Shown here: positions 1-11,230 of the stretch, piece by piece
How the letters are laid out: each line of letters opens with the position of its first letter
Numbering within the stretch: the first letter of the stretch is position 1
Source of the DNA: Auanema rhodensis
Taxonomy: Eukaryota > Animalia > Nematoda
Reading direction: 5' to 3'
Assembly (NCBI GenBank): GCA_964057225.1
Contig: OZ059899.1
Location: forward strand, 1,550,001-1,614,000
DNA: 64,000 nt
The notes under the pieces: model-generated
Database searches by the model: none
Told to the model about the DNA's origin: nothing
The model's input: the letters and a program-made list of their open reading frames with translations, nothing else
Program-made: the position numbers and the translations under genes

Positions 1-58
1 TGAGAGACGCTTGATACAAAAATTAGTTATGATCGTTTGAAAAATGATGCATTAGTGT

Positions 59-86
59 ATGTTGAGTTTCCATGTACACTCAACAT
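59..86. other. Inverted repeat H1, present in every monomer: ATGTTGAGT-N10-ACTCAACAT
   Basis: 9-bp perfect arms at 59-67 and 78-86 with a 10-nt spacer. The arms shorten to 8 bp in the CAACAAT variant. Confidence 0.9.
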
Positions 87-109
87 TGCTTCCAAAAACA
101 TTTTGACAA

Positions 110-128
110 AAATTTTTTCGAAAAATTT
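110..128. other. A/T-tract palindrome H2: AAATTTTTTCGAAAAATTT
   Basis: Perfect 12-bp core TTTTTCGAAAAA (114-125). Alternatively AAATTTTT/AAAAATTT arms flank TCG. Outer arms TCCAAAAACAT (91-101) and ATGTTTTTAGA (152-162) match at 10 of 11 positions. Confidence 0.9.
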
Positions 129-236
129 CAGAATAATTTAGCAAAAAGTAGATGTTTTTAGATTCCATTTTTCAAGGCAAAGACGATGGACAATGTTATT
201 CAACGAAAAAATTATTCCTTCAGGGTGAAAATCGAG

Positions 237-258
237 GATATAAGTGTGAACTTATATC
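237..258. other. Inverted repeat H3: GATATAAGT-GTGA-ACTTATATC
   Basis: 9-bp perfect arms with a 4-nt GTGA loop. It overlaps a second dyad, ATATCA-GT-TGATAT (254-267). Confidence 0.9.
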
Positions 259-268
259 AGTTGATATC

Positions 269-335
269 TTGGTGCATTTTTAAGCTAGCGCAAATCTGAT
301 AACACAGATCGACGCAGCTTAAAAATCCGCATCGA
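269..335. other. Long imperfect hairpin H4 (~67 nt), present in every monomer
   Basis: ATTTTTAAGCT (276-286) and AGCTTAAAAAT (316-326) form a perfect 11-bp stem. Inner pairs are GCG/CGC (288-290/313-315) and ATCTG/CAGAT (294-298/305-309) around an ATAACA loop. Outer pair is consensus TCGGTGC/GCATCGA (269-275/329-335, one G-T). Confidence 0.9.
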
Positions 336-3300
336 ATGCATTATACTACATTGAGAAACGCTTAATACAAAAATTAGTTATGATCGTTTGAAAAATGATG
401 CATTAGTGTATGTTGAGTTTCCATGTACACTCAACATTGCTTCCAAAAACATTTTGACAAAAATTTTTTCGAAAAATTTCTAAATAATTTAGCAGAAAGT
501 AGATGTTTTTAGATTCCTTTGTTCAAGGCAAAGACGATGGACAATGTTATTCAACGAAAAAATTAATTCTTCAGGGTGAAAATCGAGGATATAAGTGTGA
601 ACTTATATCAGTTGATATCTCGGTGCATTTTTAAGCTAGCGCAAATCTAATAACACAGATCGACGCAGCTTAAAAATCCGCATCGAATGCACTAAACTAC
701 ATTGAGAGACGCTTGATACAAAAATTAGTTATGATCGTTTGAAAAATGATGCATTAGTGTATGTTGAGTTTCCATGTACACTCAACATTGCTTCCAAAAA
801 CATTTTGACAAAAATTTTTTCGAAAAATTTCAGAATAATTTAGCAAAAAGTAGATGTTTTTAGATTCCATTTTTCAAGGCAAAGACGATGGACAATGTTA
901 TTCAACGAAAAAATTATTCCTTCAGGGTGAAAATCGAGGATATAAGTGTGAACTTATATCAGTTGATATCTTGGTGCATTTTTAAGCTAGCGCAAATCTG
1001 ATAACACAGATCGACGCAGCTTAAAAATCCGCATCGAATGCATTATACTACATTGAGAAACGCTTAATACAAAAATTAGTTATGATCCTTTGAAAAATGA
1101 TGCATTAGTGTATGTTGAGTTTCCATGTACACTCAACATTGTTTCCAAAAACATTTTGACAAAAATTTTTTTGAAAAATTTCAGAATAATTTAGCAAAAA
1201 GTAGCTGTTTTTAGATTCCATTTTTCGAGGCAAAGACGATAGACAATGTTATTCAACAAGAAAATTAATTCTTCAGGGTGAAAATCGAGGATATAAGTGT
1301 GAACTTATATCAGTTGATATCTCGGTGCATTTTTAAGCTAGCGCAAATCTGATAACACAGATCGACGCAGCTTAAAAATCCGCATCGAATGCACTATACT
1401 ACATTGAGAAACGCTTAATACAAAAATTAGTTATGATCGTTTGAAAAATGATGCATTAGTGTATGTTGAGTTTCCATGTACACTCAACATTGCTTCCAAA
1501 AACATTTTGACAAAAATTTTTTCGAAAAATTTCAAAATAATTTAGCAAAAAGTAGATGTTTTTAGATTCCATTTTTTAAGGCAAAGACGATAGACAATGT
1601 TATTCAACGAAAAAATTATTCCTTCAGGGTGAAAATCGAGGATATAAGTGTGAACTTATATCAGTTGATATCTCGGTGCATTTTTAAGCTAGCGCAAATC
1701 TGATAACACAGATCGACGCAGCTTGAAAATCCGCATCGAATGCACTAAACTACATTGAGAAACGCTTGATACAAAAATTAGTTATGATCGTTTGAAAAAT
1801 GATGCATTAGTGTATGTTGAGTTTCCATGTACACTCAACATTGCTTCCAAAAACATTTTGACAAAAATTTTTTCGAAAAATTTCAGAATAATTTAGCAAA
1901 AAGTAGATGTTTTTAGATTCCATTTTTCAAGGCAGAGACGATGGACAATGTTATTCAACGAAAAAATTAATTCTTCAGGGTGAAAATCGAGGATATAAGT
2001 GTGAACTTATATCAGTTGATATCTCGGTGCATTTTTAAGCTAGCGCAAATCTGATAACACAGATCGACGCAGCTTAAAAATCCGCATCGAATGCACTATA
2101 CTACATTGAGAAACGCTTAATACAAAAATTAGTTATGATCCTTTGAAAAATGATGCATTAGTGTATGTTGAGTTTCCATGTACACTCAACAATGCTTCCA
2201 AAAACATTTTGACAAAAATTTTTTCGAAAAATTTCAAAATAATTTAGCAAAAAGTAGATGTTTTTAGATTCCATTTTTTAAGGCAAAGACGATGGACAAT
2301 GTTATTCAACGAAAAAATTAATTCTTCAGGGTGAAAATCGAGGATATAAGTGTGAACTTATATCAGTTGATATCTCGGTGCATTTTTAAGCTAGCGCAAA
2401 TCTGATAACACAGATCGACGCAGCTTAAAAATCCGCATCGAATGCATTATACTACATTGAGAAACGCTTAATACAAAAATTAGTTATGATCGTTTGAAAA
2501 ATGATGCATTAGTGTATGTTGAGTTTCCATGTACACTCAACATTGCTTCCAAAAACATTTTGACAAAAATTTTTTCGAAAAATTTCAGAATAATTTAGCA
2601 AAAAGTAGATGTTTTTAGATTCCATTTTTCAAAGCAGAGACGATGGACAATGTTATTCAACGAAAAAATTAATTCTTCAGGGTGAAAATCGAGGATATAA
2701 GTGTGAACTTATATCAGTTGATATCTCGGTGCATTTTTAAGCTAGCGCAAATCTGATAACACAGGTCGACGCAGCTTGAAAATCCGCATCGAATGCACTA
2801 TACTACATTGAGAAACGCTTAATACAAAAATTAGTTATGATCCTTTGAAAAATGATGCATTAGTGTATGTTGAGTTTCCATGTACACTCAACAATGCTTC
2901 CAAAAACATTTTGACAAAAATTTTTTCGAAAAATTTCAGAATAATTTAGCAAAAAGTAGATGTTTTTAGATTCCATTTTTCAAGGCAGAGACGATGGACA
3001 ATGTTATTCAACGAAAAAATTAATTCTTCAGGGTGAAAATCGAGGATATAAGTGTGAACTTATATCAGTTGATATCTCGGTGCATTTTTAAGCTAGCGCA
3101 AATCTGATAACACAGGTCGACGCAGCTTGAAAATCCGCATCGATTGCACTATACTACATTGAGAAACGCTTAATACAAAAATTAGTTATGATCCTTTGAA
3201 AAATGATGCATTAGTGTATGTTGAGTTTCCATGTACACTCAACAATGCTTCCAAAAACATTTTGACAAAAATTTTTTCGAAAAATTTCAAAATAATTTAG

Positions 3301-4914
3301 CAAAAAGTAGATGTTTTTAGATTCAATTTTTCAAGGCAAAGACGATGAACAATGTTATTCAACGAAAAAATTAATTCTTCAGGGTGAAAATCGAGGATAT
3401 AAGTGTGAACTTATATCAGTTGATATCTCGGTGCATTTTTAAGCTAGCGCAAATCTGATAACACAGATCGACGCAGCTTAAAAATCCGCATCGAATGCAC
3501 TATACTACATTGAGAAACGCTTAATACAAAAATTAGTTATGATCCTTTGAAAAATGATGCATTAGTGTATGTTGAGTTTCCATGTACACTCAACAATGCT
3601 TCCAAAAACATTTTGACAAAAATTTTTTCGAAAAATTTCAAAATAATTTAGCAAAAAGTAGATGTTTTTAGATTCAATTTTTCAAGGCAAAGACGATGAA
3701 CAATGTTATTCAACGAAAAAATTAATTCTTCAGGGTGAAAATCGAGGATATAAGTGTGAACTTATATCAGTTGATATCTCGGTGCATTTTTAAGCTAGCG
3801 CAAATCTGATAACACAGATCGACGCAGCTTAAAAATCCGCATCGAATGCACTATACTACATTGAGAAACGCTTAATACAAAAATTAGTTATGATCCTTTG
3901 AAAAATGATGCATTAGTGTATGTTGAGTTTCCATGTACACTCAACAATGCTTCCAAAAACATTTTGACAAAAATTTTTTCGAAAAATTTCAAAATAATTT
4001 AGCAAAAAGTAAATGTTTTTAGATTCCATTTTTTAAGGCAAAGACGATGGACAATGTTATTCAACGAAAAAATTAATTCTTCAGGGTGAAAATCGAGGAT
4101 ATAAGTGTGAACTTATATCAGTTGATATCTCGGTGCATTTTTAAGCTAGCGCAAATCTGATAACACAGATCGACGCAGCTTAAAAATCCGCATCGAATGC
4201 ATTATACTACATTGAGAAACGCTTAATACAAAAATTAGTTATGATCGTTTGAAAAATGATGCATTAGTGTATGTTGAGTTTCCATGTACACTCAACATTG
4301 CTTCCAAAAACATTTTGACAAAAATTTTTTCGAAAAATTTCAAAATAATTTAGCAAAAAGTAGATGTTTTTAGATTCCTTTATTCAAGGCAAAGACGATG
4401 GACAATGTTATTCAACGAAAAAATTAATTCTTCAGGGTGAAAATCGAGGATATAAGTGTGAACTTATATCAGTTGATATCTCGGTGCATTTTTAAGCTAG
4501 CGCAAATCTAATAACACAGATCGACGCAGCTTAAAAATCCGCATCGAATGCACTAAACTACATTGAGAAACGCTTGATACAAAAATTAGTTATGATCGTT
4601 TGAAAAATGATGCATTAGTGTATGTTGAGTTTCCATGTACACTCAACATTGCTTCCAAAAACATTTTGACAAAAATTTTTTCGAAAAATTTCAAAATAAT
4701 TTAGCAAAAAGTAGATGTTTTTAGATTCCATTTTTCAAGGCAAAGACGATGGACAATGTTATTCAACGAAAAAATTATTCCTTCAGGGTGAAAATCGAGG
4801 ATATAAGTGTGAACTTATATCAGTTGATATCTCGGTGCATTTTTAAGCTAGCGCAAATCTGATAACACAGATCGACGCAGCTTAAAAATCCGCATCGAAT
4901 GCACTAAACTACAT

Positions 4915-7900
4915 TGAGAGACGCTTGATACAAAAATTAGTTATGATCGTTTGAAAAATGATGCATTAGTGTATGTTGAGTTTCCATGTACACTCAACAT
5001 TGCTTCCAAAAACATTTTGACAAAAATTTTTTCGAAAAATTTCAGAATAATTTAGCAAAAAGTAGATGTTTTTAGATTCCATTTTTCAAGGCAAAGACGA
5101 TGGACAATGTTATTCAACGAAAAAATTATTCCTTCAGGGTGAAAATCGAGGATATAAGTGTGAACTTATATCAGTTGATATCTTGGTGCATTTTTAAGCT
5201 AGCGCAAATCTGATAACACAGATCGACGCAGCTTAAAAATCCGCATCGAATGCATTATACTACATTGAGAAACGCTTAATACAAAAATTAGTTATGATCG
5301 TTTGAAAAATGATGCATTAGTGTATGTTGAGTTTCCATGTACACTCAACATTGCTTCCAAAAACATTTTGACAAAAATTTTTTCGAAAAATTTCAAAATA
5401 ATTTAGCAAAAAGTAGATGTTTTTAGATTCCTTTGTTCAAGGCAAAGACGATGGACAATGTTATTCAACGAAAAAATTAATTCTTCAGGGTGAAAATCGA
5501 GGATATAAGTGTGAACTTATATCAGTTGATATCTCGGTGCATTTTTAAGCTAGCGCAAATCTAATAACACAGATCGACGCAGCTTAAAAATCCGCATCGA
5601 ATGCACTAAACTACATTGAGAAACGCTTGATACAAAAATTAGTTATAATCGTTTGAAAAATGATGCATTAGTGTATGTTGAGTTTCCATGTACACTCAAC
5701 ATTGCTTCCAAAAACATTTTGACAAAAATTTTTTCGAAAAATTTCAAAATAATTTAGCAAAAAGTAGATGTTTTTAGATTCCTTTATTCAAGGCAAAGAC
5801 GATGGACAATGTTATTCAACGAAAAAATTAATTCTTCAGGGTGAAAATCGAGGATATAAGTGTGAACTTATATCAGTTGATATCTCGGTGCATTTTTAAG
5901 CTAGCGCAAATCTAATAACACAGATCGACGCAGCTTAAAAATCCGCATCGAATGCACTAAACTACATTGAGAAACGCTTGATACAAAAATTAGTTATGAT
6001 CGTTTGAAAAATGATGCATTAGTGTATGTTGAGTTTCCATGTACACTCAACATTGCTTCCAAAAACATTTTGACAAAAATTTTTTCGAAAAATTTCAAAA
6101 TAATTTAGCAAAAAGTAGATGTTTTTAGATTCCATTTTTCAAGGCAAAGACGATGGACAATGTTATTCAACGAAAAAATTATTCCTTCAGGGTGAAAATC
6201 GAGGATATAAGTGTGAACTTATATCAGTTGATATCTCGGTGCATTTTTAAGCTAGCGCAAATCTAATAACACAGATCGACGCAGCTTAAAAATCCGCATC
6301 GAATGCACTAAACTACATTGAGAAACGCTTGATACAAAAATTAGTTATGATCGTTTGAAAAATGATGCATTAGTGTATGTTGAGTTTCCATGTACACTCA
6401 ACATTGCTTCCAAAAACATTTTGACAAAAATTTTTTCGAAAAATTTCAGAATAATTTAGCAAAAAGTAGATGTTTTTAGATTCCATTTTTCAAGGCAAAG
6501 ACGATGGACAATGTTATTCAACGAAAAAATTATTCCTTCAGGGTGAAAATCGAGGATATAAGTGTGAACTTATATCAGTTGATATCTTGGTGCATTTTTA
6601 AGCTAGCGCAAATCTGATAACACAGATCGACGCAGCTTAAAAATCCGCATCGAATGCATTATACTACATTGAGAAACGCTTAATACAAAAATTAGTTATG
6701 ATCGTTTGAAAAATGATGCATTAGTGTATGTTGAGTTTCCATGTACACTCAACATTGCTTCCAAAAACATTTTGACAAAAATTTTTTCGAAAAATTTCAA
6801 AATAATTTAGCAAAAAGTAGATGTTTTTAGATTCCTTTGTTCAAGGCAAAGACGATGGACAATGTTATTCAACGAAAAAATTAATTCTTCAGGGTGAAAA
6901 TCGAGGATATAAGTGTGAACTTATATCAGTTGATATCTCGGTGCATTTTTAAGCTAGCGCAAATCTAATAACACAGATCGACGCAGCTTAAAAATCCGCA
7001 TCGAATGCACTAAACTACATTGAGAAACGCTTGATACAAAAATTAGTTATAATCGTTTGAAAAATGATGCATTAGTGTATGTTGAGTTTCCATGTACACT
7101 CAACATTGCTTCCAAAAACATTTTGACAAAAATTTTTTCGAAAAATTTCAAAATAATTTAGCAAAAAGTAGATGTTTTTAGATTCCTTTATTCAAGGCAA
7201 AGACGATGGACAATGTTATTCAACGAAAAAATTAATTCTTCAGGGTGAAAATCGAGGATATAAGTGTGAACTTATATCAGTTGATATCTCGGTGCATTTT
7301 TAAGCTAGCGCAAATCTGATAACACAGATCGACGCAGCTTAAAAATCCGCATCGAATGCACTAAACTACATTGAGAGACGCTTGATACAAAAATTAGTTA
7401 TGATCGTTTGAAAAATGATGCATTAGTGTATGTTGAGTTTCCATGTACACTCAACATTGCTTCCAAAAACATTTTGACAAAAATTTTTTCGAAAAATTTC
7501 AGAATAATTTAGCAAAAAGTAGATGTTTTTAGATTCCATTTTTCAAGGCAAAGACGATGGACAATGTTATTCAACGAAAAAATTATTCCTTCAGGGTGAA
7601 AATCGAGGATATAAGTGTGAACTTATATCAGTTGATATCTTGGTGCATTTTTAAGCTAGCGCAAATCTGATAACACAGATCGACGCAGCTTAAAAATCCG
7701 CATCGAATGCATTATACTACATTGAGAAACGCTTAATACAAAAATTAGTTATGATCGTTTGAAAAATGATGCATTAGTGTATGTTGAGTTTCCATGTACA
7801 CTCAACATTGCTTCCAAAAACATTTTGACAAAAATTTTTTCGAAAAATTTCAAAATAATTTAGCAAAAAGTAGATGTTTTTAGATTCCTTTGTTCAAGGC

Positions 7901-10900
7901 AAAGACGATGGACAATGTTATTCAACGAAAAAATTAATTCTTCAGGGTGAAAATCGAGGATATAAGTGTGAACTTATATCAGTTGATATCTCGGTGCATT
8001 TTTAAGCTAGCGCAAATCTAATAACACAGATCGACGCAGCTTAAAAATCCGCATCGAATGCACTAAACTACATTGAGAAACGCTTGATACAAAAATTAGT
8101 TATAATCGTTTGAAAAATGATGCATTAGTGTATGTTGAGTTTCCATGTACACTCAACATTGCTTCCAAAAACATTTTGACAAAAATTTTTTCGAAAAATT
8201 TCAAAATAATTTAGCAAAAAGTAGATGTTTTTAGATTCCTTTATTCAAGGCAAAGACGATGGACAATGTTATTCAACGAAAAAATTAATTCTTCAGGGTG
8301 AAAATCGAGGATATAAGTGTGAACTTATATCAGTTGATATCTCGGTGCATTTTTAAGCTAGCGCAAATCTAATAACACAGATCGACGCAGCTTAAAAATC
8401 CGCATCGAATGCACTAAACTACATTGAGAAACGCTTGATACAAAAATTAGTTATGATCGTTTGAAAAATGATGCATTAGTGTATGTTGAGTTTCCATGTA
8501 CACTCAACATTGCTTCCAAAAACATTTTGACAAAAATTTTTTCGAAAAATTTCAAAATAATTTAGCAAAAAGTAGATGTTTTTAGATTCCATTTTTCAAG
8601 GCAAAGACGATGGACAATGTTATTCAACGAAAAAATTATTCCTTCAGGGTGAAAATCGAGGATATAAGTGTGAACTTATATCAGTTGATATCTCGGTGCA
8701 TTTTTAAGCTAGCGCAAATCTGATAACACAGATCGACGCAGCTTGAAAATCCGCATCGAATGCACTAAACTACATTGAGAAACGCTTGATACAAAAATTA
8801 GTTATGATCGTTTGAAAAATGATGCATTAGTGTATGTTGAGTTTCCATGTACACTCAACATTGCTTCCAAAAACATTTTGACAAAAATTTTTTCGAAAAA
8901 TTTCAGAATAATTTAGCAAAAAGTAGATGTTTTTAGATTCCATTTTTCAAGGCAAAGACGATGGACAATGTTATTCAACGAAAAAATTATTCCTTCAGGG
9001 TGAAAATCGAGGATATAAGTGTGAACTTATATCAGTTGATATCTTGGTGCATTTTTAAGCTAGCGCAAATCTGATAACACAGATCGACGCAGCTTAAAAA
9101 TCCGCATCGAATGCATTATACTACATTGAGAAACGCTTAATACAAAAATTAGTTATGATCGTTTGAAAAATGATGCATTAGTGTATGTTGAGTTTCCATG
9201 TACACTCAACAATGCTTCCAAAAACATTTTGACAAAAATTTTTTCGAAAAATTTCAAAATAATTTAGCAAAAAGTAGATGTTTTTAGATTCCATTTTCCA
9301 AGGCAAAGACGATGGACAATGTTATTCAACGAAAAAATTAATTCTTCAGGGTGAAAATCGAGGATATAAGTGTGAACTTATATCAGTTGATATCTCGGTG
9401 CATTTTTAAGCTAGCGCAAATCTAATAACACAGATCGACGCAGCTTAAAAATCCGCATCGAATGCACTAAACTACATTGAGAAACGCTTGATACAAAAAT
9501 TAGTTATAATCGTTTGAAAAATGATGCATTAGTGTATGTTGAGTTTCCATGTACACTCAACATTGCTTCCAAAAACATTTTGACAAAAATTTTTTCGAAA
9601 AATTTCAGAATAATTTAGCAAAAAGTAGATGTTTTTAGATTCCATTTTTCAATGCAAAGACGATGGACAATGTTATTCAACGAAAAAATTATTCCTTCAG
9701 GGTGAAAATCGAGGATATAAGTGTGAACTTATATCAGTTGATATCTTGGTGCATTTTTAAGCTAGCGCAAATCTAATAACACAGATCGACGCAGCTTAAA
9801 AATCCGCATCGAATGCACTAAACTACATTGAGAAACGCTTGATACAAAAATTAGTTATGATCGTTTGAAAAATGATGCATTAGTGTATGTTGAGTTTCCA
9901 TGTACACTCAACATTGCTTCCAAAAACATTTTGACAAAAATTTTTTCGAAAAATTTCAAAATAATTTAGCAAAAAGTAGATGTTTTTAGATTCCATTTTT
10001 CAAGGCAAAGACGATGGACAATGTTATTCAACGAAAAAATTATTCCTTCAGGGTGAAAATCGAGGATATAAGTGTGAACTTATATCAGTTGATATCTCGG
10101 TGCATTTTTAAGCTAGCGCAAATCTAATAACACAGATCGACGCAGCTTAAAAATCCGCATCGAATGCACTAAACTACATTGAGAAACGCTTGATACAAAA
10201 ATTAGTTATGATCGTTTGAAAAATGATGCATTAGTGTATGTTGAGTTTCCATGTACACTCAACATTGCTTCCAAAAACATTTTGACAAAAATTTTTTCGA
10301 AAAATTTCAGAATAATTTAGCAAAAAGTAGATGTTTTTAGATTCCATTTTTCAAGGCAAAGACGATGGACAATGTTATTCAACGAAAAAATTATTCCTTC
10401 AGGGTGAAAATCGAGGATATAAGTGTGAACTTATATCAGTTGATATCTTGGTGCATTTTTAAGCTAGCGCAAATCTGATAACACAGATCGACGCAGCTTA
10501 AAAATCCGCATCGAATGCATTATACTACATTGAGAAACGCTTAATACAAAAATTAGTTATGATCGTTTGAAAAATGATGCATTAGTGTATGTTGAGTTTC
10601 CATGTACACTCAACATTGCTTCCAAAAACATTTTGACAAAAATTTTTTCGAAAAATTTCAAAATAATTTAGCAAAAAGTAGATGTTTTTAGATTCCTTTG
10701 TTCAAGGCAAAGACGATGGACAATGTTATTCAACGAAAAAATTAATTCTTCAGGGTGAAAATCGAGGATATAAGTGTGAACTTATATCAGTTGATATCTC
10801 GGTGCATTTTTAAGCTAGCGCAAATCTAATAACACAGATCGACGCAGCTTAAAAATCCGCATCGAATGCACTAAACTACATTGAGAAACGCTTGATACAA

Positions 10901-11230
10901 AAATTAGTTATAATCGTTTGAAAAATGATGCATTAGTGTATGTTGAGTTTCCATGTACACTCAACATTGCTTCCAAAAACATTTTGACAAAAATTTTTTC
11001 GAAAAATTTCAGAATAATTTAGCAAAAAGTAGATGTTTTTAGATTCCATTTTTCAATGCAAAGACGATGGACAATGTTATTCAACGAAAAAATTATTCCT
11101 TCAGGGTGAAAATCGAGGATATAAGTGTGAACTTATATCAGTTGATATCTTGGTGCATTTTTAAGCTAGCGCAAATCTGATAACACAGATCGACGCAGCT
11201 TAAAAATCCGCATCGAATGCATTATACTAC
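4915..11230. repeat. Irregular 3- to 4-monomer higher-order repeat zone
   Basis: A recurring ordered haplotype, [TTCAGAAT + ATCTTGG], [CCTTTGTTC], [GTTATAATC], optionally followed by [CCATTT + ATTATTCC], starts at about 4915, 6319, 7372 and 10180, with a variant form at 8776. Confidence 0.75.

Larger units (their letters stand above)
1..351. repeat. Representative 351-bp monomer (arbitrary phase), ~32% GC, rich in A/T tracts
   Basis: Counted 60 G + 52 C in 351 nt. A/T runs occur at about 18-22, 40-44, 94-98, 108-118, 121-125, 143-147, 155-159, 206-211, 277-281 and 321-325. Confidence 0.97.

Noticed and set aside
237-335. Hammerhead ribozyme, as found in some newt, schistosome and cricket satellites
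   Set aside because: CTGATAA (296-302) only partly resembles the CUGAnGA core, sits inside a hairpin arm and loop, and is mutated to CTAATAA in many copies. I could not build a three-way junction with GAAA.
1-351. Tandem 5S rRNA, tRNA, snRNA or spliced-leader gene unit
   Set aside because: The unit size is compatible, but I could not recognise 5S, tRNA A/B-box, U snRNA or SL sequence. An Rfam/Infernal scan would be decisive.
1-351. Assignment to a named satellite family (e.g. Drosophila 359-bp 1.688, beetle ~350-360-bp satellites, alpha-satellite dimer)
   Set aside because: Only the length is similar. I recognised no diagnostic sequence, and no canonical CENP-B box (TTCG....A..CGGG) was seen.
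1-351. Monomer as a diverged dimer of ~175-bp subunits
   Set aside because: No convincing direct similarity between the two halves by eye. The internal similarity is mostly inverted.
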